A stretch of DNA of 64,000 nucleotides, taken from IMG/VR virus record IMGVR_UViG_3300032030_000038, positions 1-64,000 of that record. One strand, 5' to 3'. Made by a program: the position numbers and the translations under genes. The notes below the pieces were generated by a model. It made no database searches and was not told the DNA's origin. It worked only from the letters and a program-made list of their open reading frames with translations. This DNA comes from a virus. Taxonomy: Duplodnaviria > Caudoviricetes. This document shows positions 1-8,709 of the stretch, piece by piece (position 1 is the first letter of the stretch; the number at the start of each line of letters is the position of its first letter).

Positions 1-1
1 T

Positions 2-109
2 CAAACAACTAATACAGCCCCCGATTATATCAAGAACAAGCCTTCCATCCCGACAATTAGTCTTGAAAACTTTAATAATACTGATTGGGATTATGTATTT
101 ACCATATAA
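2..109 (+). CDS. C-terminal fragment of a probable tail fibre protein (5' end outside window)
   Basis: Frame 2 reads QTTNTAPDYIKNKPSIP...VFTI*; DYIKNKP is a common phage tail-fibre motif; followed by other tail genes. Confidence 0.6.
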   Translation, partial: QTTNTAPDYIKNKPSIPTISLENFNNTDWDYVFTI

Positions 110-119
110 TTAAAATTAT

Positions 120-509
120 ATGAACTACGATATAAAGTTATATTTAAAAGAACATCTGCATGAATTTTACGAAAGATTACCAAAATGTGAGTTCGGAACA
201 ACTTCATATTGGGATAGTAGGGTTGGTTATATTCCAAAACAAGGATCTATAATAGTTTACACAGACTATTTGTCAGAAATTATAGATGGTACTACAATAA
301 ATTATCCTAATATAAAAATTGGGAGTGGTAACGGTTATGTACAAGATTTGGCATTTATAAACGAGAAAGAGTATCAACTGTTAATTGAACACATTAATAA
401 TAGCGGAATTCATGTAACTCCTGAAGATAAGAATTTTTGGAATAATAAACTTAACGTTAATGATAATCAAGAAACAATAGGTGAAACTTTAATTTTTAAT
501 AGAAGCTAA
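120..509 (+). CDS. tail fibre-associated protein
   Basis: IKIGSG and HINNSGIHVTPEDKNFWNNK motifs typical of phage fibre segments; tail-gene context. Confidence 0.55.
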   Translation: MNYDIKLYLKEHLHEFYERLPKCEFGTTSYWDSRVGYIPKQGSIIVYTDYLSEIIDGTTINYPNIKIGSGNGYVQDLAFINEKEYQLLIEHINNSGIHVTPEDKNFWNNKLNVNDNQETIGETLIFNRS

Positions 510-522
510 ATTTTAAATAAAG

Positions 523-1716
523 ATGGCAGATATAAGTAAAATTAAATTACCAAGTGGTAATGTATATAATATAAAAGATGCAGTAGCTCGTGAAGCGATT
601 GCTGGTGGTGTTTCCTTTATTATTGCATGGAATGGCTCTTCCACTCCTGCTGTAGCAAATATACCTGCTGGTGTAACAGTTGTATATAATAACACAACTT
701 ATACTGGAACCTTATCCCCTGCTTCTGCTCAAGCTGGGGCATTTTATCTGGTTAAGTCATCAACTCAAGCAGGTACACTTGATATTTATGATGAGTATTC
801 TGTAATAAAACCGTCAAGCACCTCCTCTTCTTGGTTTTGGGAAAAGATTGGTGATACACAAGTCGATATATCCAGTTTGGGTGAATTGGCCTATAAAGAC
901 AATGTAACTCTCAATAAAGGTGCAGGTGATGTTGTTTTAGGTGAGGGGACTACTTTTACAAATGGAACCTCAGCTGTTTCCTTTGCCGAACATACCAAAG
1001 ATGACGTATTGGGTGTTGATGCTACGTTTACAACAACTGTAACTCCTACAACAACAAATATAAAGGCTACGGCATCCGGTGCTGCTGTTGGTGCTGACGG
1101 AACTGCAAAAGCAATTACGGGTTTTGGTGCTCACACTACTGATACATTTGTGAAATCTGTCTCGGCAGAAACAAATAAAAAGCTTGTTACTACCACAATT
1201 CCTAATGTTACTGGTAATACCAGTGTTACTGCAAACAAATCCACTTGGACTTTTACAATGGGCTCTAATACAGATGCAGAGACATTAATAATTGGTGGCG
1301 GTAACGGTTCTGATGTGACTGCAACCAACACAACTCTCGGTACAGCTATTACCGCAGCAACTGGTGCAACTGACGCAAATGGTACTGGTGACGCAATAGT
1401 TACTGGAGTTACTATTGGACAATCAGCAGCTGCAATAACAGCTTTGGGTAACCCTATCACGTACGATTGTCTTACTGGTGTCAGGGTAACAGCACAACCT
1501 ACTGTTATTTTAGCTACTGGAGCAACTGCTGGAACAGGTGTTATTTCTGTTGCTACAGGTATAACATCTGCGATAACACAAGTTTCTGATAAGGACACTG
1601 TTAATGCTATAACAGCACTTGGTGCTGGAACAGCAGCAGCTCAAACCATAACTGTTGGGGCGAATGATAAAGTTACTGTTGCTAAACATAATGATTTAAG
1701 TATAACTATATCTTAA
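523..1716 (+). CDS. Thr/Ala/Gly-rich tail fibre protein
   Basis: N-terminal KIKLPSG..YNIKD..AR; repeated AIT(G/A)(F/L)G units; beta-rich low-complexity composition. Confidence 0.7.
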   Translation: MADISKIKLPSGNVYNIKDAVAREAIAGGVSFIIAWNGSSTPAVANIPAGVTVVYNNTTYTGTLSPASAQAGAFYLVKSSTQAGTLDIYDEYSVIKPSSTSSSWFWEKIGDTQVDISSLGELAYKDNVTLNKGAGDVVLGEGTTFTNGTSAVSFAEHTKDDVLGVDATFTTTVTPTTTNIKATASGAAVGADGTAKAITGFGAHTTDTFVKSVSAETNKKLVTTTIPNVTGNTSVTANKSTWTFTMGSNTDAETLIIGGGNGSDVTATNTTLGTAITAATGATDANGTGDAIVTGVTIGQSAAAITALGNPITYDCLTGVRVTAQPTVILATGATAGTGVISVATGITSAITQVSDKDTVNAITALGAGTAAAQTITVGANDKVTVAKHNDLSITIS

Positions 1717-1722
1717 TTTGAT

Positions 1723-3825
1723 ATGTCAGTTAAAAAAATAAAACTACCTGATGGCTCTGTTGTAGATATTAACGACAGCAGAATACATATATACCGTACT
1801 TTAACTGGTACAGCAGCAGACACTGTTTCTCCATATAGTCATACAAAGTGGGATGTAACAGATAGCACAATTACCGAATATGTTGACGGTATGGTTGTGT
1901 GCCTTAAAGTCCCGGTTGCTGGTAATGGTATTTATGGAACTGGTTTGCAAATCAATGATCTTGGTTACAAGCCTGTTGTATATAATGTAAACTCTATGAT
2001 ATCAACACGTTATAGTGTTGGTTCAATTGTTTGGTGTGTTTACAATGCAACACAAACAGCTTCATTGTATATCAACTCAACTTCTGCTGTAACGGTTACC
2101 GGTTGTTGGCAGGTGATGGACTATGACACAAGCACCAGGGAGGCATATGCGGTAATAGACTACTATTTCAGACCATACGCCGGAGCGGAACCCATATACC
2201 GCTACAAGTTGTGCGCGATGGGCGTTGACAACAGGATGGTGCCAATCACGGTGACAAACCAGACATCAGAAACACTTGTTGACAAAGCACCCACGCAGGT
2301 CGGATTCCGCCCTCACAAGATTTGGCTGTACAACACTACTGGAACTGTCAATGCCGGAGCGGTTTTTGCCGCTCAGAAATTGTATTCCGTGTGCTATTCG
2401 CCAACCGGCTGTCTTTACAATTTCAACACGGACGTGCCGACTTACAGGCTGATATTCCTCCGTGGCAAGTACAACAAGAAGACCGACCTGTTCACTCTGC
2501 GCAAAGACGCGGGATCGCCCTGCACCTCATATTACGCTGTCGTGCCTATGGACACGGCGAACATCACATTGTCGGACTACTTTTCCGCCGATGACTGGTA
2601 CATACTCGTAGGTTGCACATATTCAACGGCAAACTACCTGAGTGTGTTCGACAACAACCCGATGTTCTACTTTGACGGGACAAACCTCGTACAAGGGCAG
2701 ACGGCTCTTAACCCGACAAAGGTCAGCGAACTTGACGACATGGCGATATTGTCGCCTTCGGACGGGCAAGCACTTGTTTATAACGATACTTCAGGCAAGT
2801 GGGTGAATAGTGATATCACTACAGAAGTGCTTATGTGTACGCTGACTGCCTCTGGAACATCAGACCCCGACACGGGAGAATGGACTATGTCGTACTCTTG
2901 TGATAAGACTGATGCCGAAATTTATGCTGCTTATGTAGCAAATAAGAGTGTGCTATTAAAAGTTGTTGGCGAAGATCATAGTTGGGATACAAATGCCCCA
3001 GAAACATATACAATATACAGACTTGCGCTCGCACAATCTTCAACTGGTGGAAATAATGAACCTTGGTATTTTTTCTCATTTCAAAATAGTACATCATCTC
3101 TTTATGAAACCATAAAGATAGTATCGCCAACAGCACTGCCATCATTCGTTTATTTACTACATATTGATAGGGTATCGGGAGACCTTTCAAATACAACATT
3201 ATCATCTGTTACGCCAGGTTGGTATTTCTCTTCTGATAGCATCAGAAAACCTCAAAATGCAACAATCGGAAACCTTGCAGAGATACGCGCCAATGGAGTG
3301 TATGATGACAGCGGTATTTCAAAAACAAGTGTAAGCACAGCCGTCACCAACTCCCACACACACTCAAACAAGACCGTTCTCGATTATATACCAGCCTCAT
3401 TAGGAACGGCAGGACAAGTACTTAAAGTGAACAGCGGTGCAACAGGACTTGAGTTCGGTACGGTAAGTGGAGGTCTTTCCGACCACGACTTTACACACAC
3501 CGCAAACACCACGATTAGCAGCAGTACCACAACTGTCACATTTGCCGCCAATACCCGTGGTACTGCAATGCTCACAATCTCAGCCGACCTCGGTCTTACA
3601 ATTGCTTGCAACAATGGTAGCGACAACTATATATGGGTGAAGAATACTGGTAGTTCTGATGTTGATATAACTATATCGGCAGTAACTCAAAACAGTACAA
3701 ATGTAAGCAATGTGTATATGCCTTCGGATGGCATTACCGTCCCAGCTGGAGGTTTGTGCGAATTAGGAATTATTGTTAATGTCGATGGAGCATTCATAAC
3801 ATCACGAAACGATTTAACATTATAA
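1723..3825 (+). CDS. mosaic tail fibre / receptor-binding protein
   Basis: Shares the KIKLPxG N-terminus with the upstream gene; contains ELDDM..SPSDGQALVYN..GKWVN, HTHSNKTVLD and GTAGQVLKVN fibre motifs. Confidence 0.7.
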   Translation: MSVKKIKLPDGSVVDINDSRIHIYRTLTGTAADTVSPYSHTKWDVTDSTITEYVDGMVVCLKVPVAGNGIYGTGLQINDLGYKPVVYNVNSMISTRYSVGSIVWCVYNATQTASLYINSTSAVTVTGCWQVMDYDTSTREAYAVIDYYFRPYAGAEPIYRYKLCAMGVDNRMVPITVTNQTSETLVDKAPTQVGFRPHKIWLYNTTGTVNAGAVFAAQKLYSVCYSPTGCLYNFNTDVPTYRLIFLRGKYNKKTDLFTLRKDAGSPCTSYYAVVPMDTANITLSDYFSADDWYILVGCTYSTANYLSVFDNNPMFYFDGTNLVQGQTALNPTKVSELDDMAILSPSDGQALVYNDTSGKWVNSDITTEVLMCTLTASGTSDPDTGEWTMSYSCDKTDAEIYAAYVANKSVLLKVVGEDHSWDTNAPETYTIYRLALAQSSTGGNNEPWYFFSFQNSTSSLYETIKIVSPTALPSFVYLLHIDRVSGDLSNTTLSSVTPGWYFSSDSIRKPQNATIGNLAEIRANGVYDDSGISKTSVSTAVTNSHTHSNKTVLDYIPASLGTAGQVLKVNSGATGLEFGTVSGGLSDHDFTHTANTTISSSTTTVTFAANTRGTAMLTISADLGLTIACNNGSDNYIWVKNTGSSDVDITISAVTQNSTNVSNVYMPSDGITVPAGGLCELGIIVNVDGAFITSRNDLTL

Positions 3826-3829
3826 TATT

Positions 3830-4333
3830 ATGGCTACAAGAGAAAATGAACAATATTATTATTTCAAAATGCGGCTTGGCAGTCCTTATGAAATAAAGGT
3901 TACTGCTGTTCATATCAATACAGTCATTAATCTTATTTATCGTGAGATGACTAATGAACAAAAAGAGTTCTATCTTGAACACCCTACTGCAAGTGTTATG
4001 GAAGTGTGGAACTGTCAATTAATTCCTCCGTATGTTCCACCTACGCCTGATGTACAGGAATATGCTTCTATGCGAGTTAAAGAACTTAAAGATGCTTGCT
4101 ATGCCTCAGTAAAAATCACTGACCTTGAATATGCAATGGCTGAAGATAAAGTGAATAATGTACTTGCTGATAGTTATTATTCTCTTGCGGAAGCAAATGC
4201 TATACTTGCTTTATTTCGTACACAGAGCAAGAAGGCGGTTACAGTTTATGACACGTACAAGACCAGGATAGAGGCTGCTGTAAGCGTGGAGAGCATTGAC
4301 TTGATTTATGAAGAAGCGATTAATAGTTTATAA
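3830..4333 (+). CDS. putative tail fibre assembly chaperone-like protein
   Basis: Directly follows the fibre gene; helical C-terminus (KELKDAC...RIEAAVSVESID) resembles fibre chaperones. Confidence 0.4.
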   Translation: MATRENEQYYYFKMRLGSPYEIKVTAVHINTVINLIYREMTNEQKEFYLEHPTASVMEVWNCQLIPPYVPPTPDVQEYASMRVKELKDACYASVKITDLEYAMAEDKVNNVLADSYYSLAEANAILALFRTQSKKAVTVYDTYKTRIEAAVSVESIDLIYEEAINSL

Positions 4334-4335
4334 TT

Positions 4336-4539
4336 ATGGATGTTAGAGTTGAAAAAAATTGCAATTTAGCCAACGTACCAATCCCAGATAAAAAAGAGAG
4401 TAAGGCGACCGTGTACGCCGTGATGCGTAGCGAGGGACACAGTGATGACCTTGTGACGTGCTTTTTCTCGCCGGATGATGCGGTTGAACACTGCAAAGGC
4501 AAATACAATTATTATGTGATTGACAGTAATGTGTTTTAG
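4336..4539 (+). CDS. hypothetical protein
   Basis: ORF tightly packed after the previous stop, AT-rich leader. Confidence 0.45.
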   Translation: MDVRVEKNCNLANVPIPDKKESKATVYAVMRSEGHSDDLVTCFFSPDDAVEHCKGKYNYYVIDSNVF

Positions 4540-4614
4540 TTATTCTCAAGGGGCTCACATTATCGGAGATTAATGACTATTTCAATATGATATAATATGA
4601 CTAATACGCATAAT

Positions 4615-4800
4615 ATGGAAGCAACGATACAACAACAGGACAATAGGATTTTCAATATTATGATGGCTATCGTGGCCGCGTTTCTCCTTCTATGCGCTGA
4701 GATGGCGTGGCACAATGCGGGCTACCGCACAACGGTCACCGAATCAGCTACAATGCAATGGACATCAGACACGAGCTGGGTGAAAGGAGGGTGGAAATGA
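4615..4800 (+). CDS. small membrane-anchored protein (alternative start 4597)
   Basis: Hydrophobic IMMAIVAAFLLLCA; ends KGGWK with ATGA overlap into the next gene. Confidence 0.5.
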   Translation: MEATIQQQDNRIFNIMMAIVAAFLLLCAEMAWHNAGYRTTVTESATMQWTSDTSWVKGGWK

Positions 4801-5456
4801 GACGAGAAAATGAAATAAAAAGCTCGATAGTGCTCCCTGAACCGTATGTTCATTGTCCATTTACATCTAATGCCACAGATTTGAAGGGCAACCTAACGTG
4901 GAGTATCAATACGGTAAGCACCTACGATGCCACACTCGGAGCAAGATTTGGCGGTAGCAACTATATGCGGGCCTACAACCAAATATCATTGCAAAGGTTA
5001 AAGACTATGTGCTACTATGTGCGTTTTGATGTGATTCCTACTGACGGAGTTTCATCAACGTGGCAAACACCACACTATATACGTTGTAACAATACTGCAG
5101 GTTTCAGGTATTACAGTTTCCTTCAGCATTTCAGTGTGGAAAATGCGGAGCTTACAAACTGTGCAATTATAAACAACTCATTCTCAGTTGAAAACAATGT
5201 GTTAACAACCCCTTTTGGATCAACACTAATCAACACTTGGTACAAGATAGTATTAAGGGTCAACGAGTCTAACAACAATGTCACCGTGTTTATTGATGAC
5301 TTGAAAAGAGACATAAATGCGATGGTCCCGTTGTCTTACTCCTGCGACATAAGACTTGGCTGCAACGATAACACCCAACGCTATCTGCGCGGCTATATTA
5401 AGGATTTCCGTATCTGGGATGTTGAACTCACTGATGAACAAATAGCACAATTATGA
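4797..5456 (+). CDS. LamG/concanavalin A-like lectin-domain protein (putative receptor-binding accessory)
   Basis: Start reassigned to ATG 4797 (ATGA overlap, AAAGGAGG 6 nt upstream); NTWYKIVL..VTVFID..IRLG..YLRGYIKDFRIWDVELTDEQIAQL is a typical LamG C-terminus. Confidence 0.7.
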   Translation: MRRENEIKSSIVLPEPYVHCPFTSNATDLKGNLTWSINTVSTYDATLGARFGGSNYMRAYNQISLQRLKTMCYYVRFDVIPTDGVSSTWQTPHYIRCNNTAGFRYYSFLQHFSVENAELTNCAIINNSFSVENNVLTTPFGSTLINTWYKIVLRVNESNNNVTVFIDDLKRDINAMVPLSYSCDIRLGCNDNTQRYLRGYIKDFRIWDVELTDEQIAQL

Positions 5457-5737
5457 GAAGACACCACGAAAAAAAAAAAACAGAATCACAGGAGTATTAC
5501 CTGTTTAGATACCCGCTCACTCAAGACGGGGTGAACCAAGGCAACCTTCCCGAATCGCAATATATAGGGAAATTAAGGAATTACGGAAGCACAACAATAA
5601 CGCCATCATTTAATGATAACCTTACTTTCGATTCTTATTATGGCAAGTTGGCACATAGGCATACAGGATGCACGGACAAACTTGTGTCACTTGTTGATTA
5701 CAACAATTTCAGCCTCAATAAGGAGTATGATGAGTAA
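5453..5737 (+). pseudogene. probably truncated paralogue of an MRR-starting tail accessory gene
   Basis: Begins MRRHHEK..YLFRYPL, similar in style to the upstream MRRENE..YVHCPF gene, but ends after 94 aa; contains an A12 tract. Confidence 0.35.
5469..5480 (+). repeat. poly-A homopolymer (12 nt) within the 5' end of an ORF
   Basis: acaccacg-A12-cagaatc read directly. Confidence 0.9.
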
Positions 5738-5770
5738 TTAAAGTAAATATAAATTTAAACATTTTAAATT

Positions 5771-5905
5771 ATGGGTACAAAAGCAAGACCGACAAAATCA
5801 ACACAAAGATCAACAACAAAACGCATACCAACCCGTCCTGCTTCAGGAATGTTTGGTGTAATTCCCCTTACAAAAGCAGGGTCCAGAAAGAAAACAAGAA
5901 AGTGA
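5771..5905 (+). CDS. small highly basic peptide (44 aa), absent from the ORF track
   Basis: MGTKARPTKSTQRSTTKRIPTRPASGMFGVIPLTKAGSRKKTRK*; AT-rich leader; TGA-T-ATG junction to the next gene. Confidence 0.65.
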   Translation: MGTKARPTKSTQRSTTKRIPTRPASGMFGVIPLTKAGSRKKTRK

Positions 5906-5906
5906 T

Positions 5907-6287
5907 ATGAAAGTAAATGATTTAAGGAAAGCTATAAGACTGTTACAAATATTTCCTTTTGTAATCTCAGCAGTCTTTCTTTTAGTTTATTTCTTATGTT
6001 TTATAGGGTATGACATTTCAATTGCGTTGTGTCCGATATTTGGTGTGTCGTTGTTTGCCTTATCAGTAATTACACTGGTTTCAAAAAGGTTGCATGTATC
6101 ATCCTGGTCAATGTTTTTCTACTACTTATTGATAGTTGTAACTTGTATAGATATAGTAGGTATGCTTGCTCCAATAGCAAATGCTATGATTGATGCTTCG
6201 GGTATTAACTTTATGTTACTTACCAGCGGTGGTTTCGGTTCATTTATAACTTATCTTCATGAGCGATTTACGAACATTTCTGCTTAA
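5907..6287 (+). CDS. integral membrane protein (3-4 predicted TM segments)
   Basis: Several long hydrophobic stretches (IFPFVISAVFLLVYFLCFIG; IALCPIFGVSLFALSVITLV; MFFYYLLIVVTCIDIVGML). Confidence 0.7.
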   Translation: MKVNDLRKAIRLLQIFPFVISAVFLLVYFLCFIGYDISIALCPIFGVSLFALSVITLVSKRLHVSSWSMFFYYLLIVVTCIDIVGMLAPIANAMIDASGINFMLLTSGGFGSFITYLHERFTNISA

Positions 6288-6552
6288 TGCATTTGACTTT
6301 CTTGAGTTTGGTTTTAGTTTGTACCGCAGAGGAGTCTGTGACAAACGAATCAAAAATAACTATCATTTGGATGAAACTTCCGAAATTCATGGTTATACCA
6401 AGAAAGAGGCGTCTACTTTGTTAGGGTTATCGGAAAGACAATTCGACAGACGTATTAAAAATGGTGAACTGCCTGCTGGTAAGAAAGTTAGAAATTATAC
6501 AACTTTGTTTTGGAATAAAGATCTTATAGATAAGATGTCTAGATTGAAGTAA
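6259..6552 (+). CDS. helix-turn-helix DNA-binding protein (excisionase/AlpA-like winged HTH)
   Basis: YTKKEASTLLGLSERQFDRRIKNGELPAG...LFWNKDLID pattern. Confidence 0.75.
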   Translation: MSDLRTFLLNAFDFLEFGFSLYRRGVCDKRIKNNYHLDETSEIHGYTKKEASTLLGLSERQFDRRIKNGELPAGKKVRNYTTLFWNKDLIDKMSRLK

Positions 6553-6586
6553 CTCATAATTATTTGGTTTTTAGTTTGTTATTATG

Positions 6587-6621
6587 AAGCGATGACTGTA
6601 ATTTGCAGCCATCGCTTTTTT
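6587..6621 (+). terminator. intrinsic terminator-like hairpin after the HTH gene
   Basis: AAGCGATG(6587-6594)...CATCGCTT(6610-6617) with further inner pairing, followed by a T-run. Confidence 0.65.
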
Positions 6622-6633
6622 ATTATACCTTTG
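6602..6633 (+). promoter_or_regulatory. Bacteroidota sigma-A type promoter (-33 TTTG, -7 TAnnTTTG)
   Basis: TTTG 6602-6605, 20-nt spacer, TACCTTTG 6626-6633; about 50 nt upstream of ATG 6685. Confidence 0.75.
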
Positions 6634-6684
6634 CCATACAGAATTCTGGTAAACTATATTGATTAATTTTAAACTTTCAAAAAA

Positions 6685-7614
6685 ATGTCTGAAACAAAAA
6701 CTTATGTTTTTCCCGAAAATGGTGGCTCCGATAACGGTCTTATCGCTTTGTTAGCTCCGATGCTTCAGAACAGGGGTATCGATCCGTCTGTTCTTTATGC
6801 TTTGAATAACAACAACAATGGTGGTTTATTCGGTGGCAATGGTATGTGGGGTGGCCTTATCGCCCTGATAGTTATCGCCGGTCTGTTTGGCGGTAACGGT
6901 GGTTTCTTCGGAAACAACAATAACTCAAGTACTGAACGTGATATGATTATGAGTGCTATTCAAAGAAACGGCTCCGACCTTTCCCAGCTTGCTGCTTCCC
7001 TTAACACGACTACTTCCCAGGTGCAGAATGGTATAAACAATCTTGCCACTGCTATGGCTACTCTGAGTGGTCAAAACGGCCTTAGCGCACAGCAAATCAT
7101 TAACTCTATCCAGAGTGGCAACCAAGGTATAATCAGCCAGCTGGCAAGCTGTTGCTGCGATACCCGTAATGCTATCACCACCCAGGGTTATGAAAACCGT
7201 ATTGCCAATCTTGAACAAACCAATGTTCTCGGTAGCAAGATGGATATGAATACCAATGCTCTTGCTGCTCAGATTGCAGCCCAGACTACTGACATCAACA
7301 ATCATTTCTGTGCCCTTGAAACCCGTGAGCTGCAGAACAAGATTTCCGCTTTGCAAGATGCCAACACTGCTCTGAAGAGTCAGATTGACAATGCTGCCCA
7401 GACTGCTGCCATCCAGGCTTATCAGGCTCAAATGATCGCTCCTATCAATGCTGCTTTGTCTTCCATGCAGAATGAGCTTACCACTATCAAGGGTCAGCTC
7501 CCTGCCACTGTGACTGTTCCCAGCAACCAAGGTGTGTATCTTCCTGCCGGTGTGGCTTATGCTTCTGGCTTGTATGGTTATGGTTATGGTTACAATAACT
7601 CTCTTTGGGGATAG
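6685..7614 (+). CDS. Gly/Asn-rich TM + coiled-coil protein with a CCC motif (function unknown)
   Basis: GLFGGNGMWGGLIALIVIAGLFGG hydrophobic segment, Q/N-rich heptads, SCCCDTR, Tyr/Gly-rich tail; codon use richer in G/C than the flanks. Confidence 0.85.
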   Translation: MSETKTYVFPENGGSDNGLIALLAPMLQNRGIDPSVLYALNNNNNGGLFGGNGMWGGLIALIVIAGLFGGNGGFFGNNNNSSTERDMIMSAIQRNGSDLSQLAASLNTTTSQVQNGINNLATAMATLSGQNGLSAQQIINSIQSGNQGIISQLASCCCDTRNAITTQGYENRIANLEQTNVLGSKMDMNTNALAAQIAAQTTDINNHFCALETRELQNKISALQDANTALKSQIDNAAQTAAIQAYQAQMIAPINAALSSMQNELTTIKGQLPATVTVPSNQGVYLPAGVAYASGLYGYGYGYNNSLWG

Positions 7615-7623
7615 GAGGTGACT

Positions 7624-7977
7624 ATGATTAATCCTAATTATGTCTCACCTCTTATCTATGCCAACAGACGTGGCATCCCACGTTTTGCATCTGACAGCCT
7701 GGCTGTGAATACTGCAGATGTTACTTATTCCTTCAACGGTTTTCCAAGGAACACCAATAACTTCTGCGGGGTGATAGCTTTCAAGCTTTCCCAAAGCCTT
7801 GAAGGTGCTGCGGCAACTCTTCCTGTGATATTCAATCTTGGAGGCAATAATGTGAATCTCACGTACCTTGATGATGTGAATGTCACTGCAGGTGATCTCG
7901 GTGGAACAGGTACTTACCTTGTGTTCCTGGATTGTCAGAGCAATACGTTACAGTTATTAACAGGTTATTCAGCTTAA
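7624..7977 (+). CDS. small beta-rich protein (function unknown)
   Basis: ATG 7624 preceded by AGGAGGTG; alternating hydrophobic pattern. Confidence 0.75.
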   Translation: MINPNYVSPLIYANRRGIPRFASDSLAVNTADVTYSFNGFPRNTNNFCGVIAFKLSQSLEGAAATLPVIFNLGGNNVNLTYLDDVNVTAGDLGGTGTYLVFLDCQSNTLQLLTGYSA

Positions 7978-7988
7978 TTTTATAAACA

Positions 7989-8489
7989 ATGTTCAGTGGT
8001 TTAAGAATAAACAGTCCCTTTTACATCCTTGAGACAAAGGACAGAGTCAAATTGGCAAACGGGTATGTCACCTGGGTGAGCAACCCGTACCCTATGTTCA
8101 AGCAATACTCTGGCTCAAACAATATGTATGACCAAGTTGTTGATATAAAGGTTTGTGTCGATGGCAATGAAGTTGAGTTCAAGCAACTCCCGTCAAATCT
8201 GTCAATAGTGAATTTCGGCAATGACGGTGTGATTGTGTCGGATAGCAAGGAATCTATGCTTAATGAAGTCACCAGTATTCGTGAGAATAGCAAGTTGCAA
8301 CTTGAAAAGACGAAGTACTATGAAGAAACTTACGCTACTTGTGATGAACTTGTGCGCGAGTTGGATCCCAAATCTGCAAAGGAATATGAGTATGATACCA
8401 AGATATCAAAACTTGAAGAAAAGGTTATTGGTATAGAATCTAACATCACTGATATAAAAATCATGCTTAAGGAGGCATTAAACAAATAA
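7989..8489 (+). CDS. hypothetical protein, beta-rich N-terminus plus C-terminal coiled coil
   Basis: MFSGLRINSPFYIL...VDIKV; KISKLEEKVIGIESNITDIKIMLKE heptads. Confidence 0.75.
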   Translation: MFSGLRINSPFYILETKDRVKLANGYVTWVSNPYPMFKQYSGSNNMYDQVVDIKVCVDGNEVEFKQLPSNLSIVNFGNDGVIVSDSKESMLNEVTSIRENSKLQLEKTKYYEETYATCDELVRELDPKSAKEYEYDTKISKLEEKVIGIESNITDIKIMLKEALNK

Positions 8490-8490
8490 T

Positions 8491-8706
8491 ATGACTATGA
8501 TTGAAATTTCTGAAGGCAAATATGACAAGATGTCTTCCCTTGTTGAAGAGATACTTTCCGCAGGTGGCAAGCTCATGAGCTGCATTGAAGGTCTTGGCGA
8601 AGCTTCTTATGGTGAGCGTAATCGCAGAGGCTATCGTGACGATCGTGAGGAAGATGATTACCGCAGCGGTATGCGTGGTGGAATGCGTAGATATCCTAAC
8701 TACTAA
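8491..8706 (+). CDS. small protein with an Arg/Gly/Asp-rich disordered tail
   Basis: YGERNRRGYRDDREEDDYRSGMRGGMRRYPNY; TAA-T-ATG junction. Confidence 0.7.
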   Translation: MTMIEISEGKYDKMSSLVEEILSAGGKLMSCIEGLGEASYGERNRRGYRDDREEDDYRSGMRGGMRRYPNY

Positions 8707-8709
8707 ACT

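Noticed and set aside
4707-4796. N-terminal extension of the LamG ORF given in the track
   Set aside because: Overlaps the upstream membrane-peptide gene; ATG 4797 has an SD and an ATGA overlap
1-5737. Diversity-generating retroelement or invertase shufflon acting on tail genes
   Set aside because: No reverse transcriptase, recombinase, TR/VR pair or long inverted repeats seen in the window
6925-7530. 201-aa - strand ORF (and similar ones such as 1131-1598)
   Set aside because: Antisense shadows caused by codon bias in the real + strand genes
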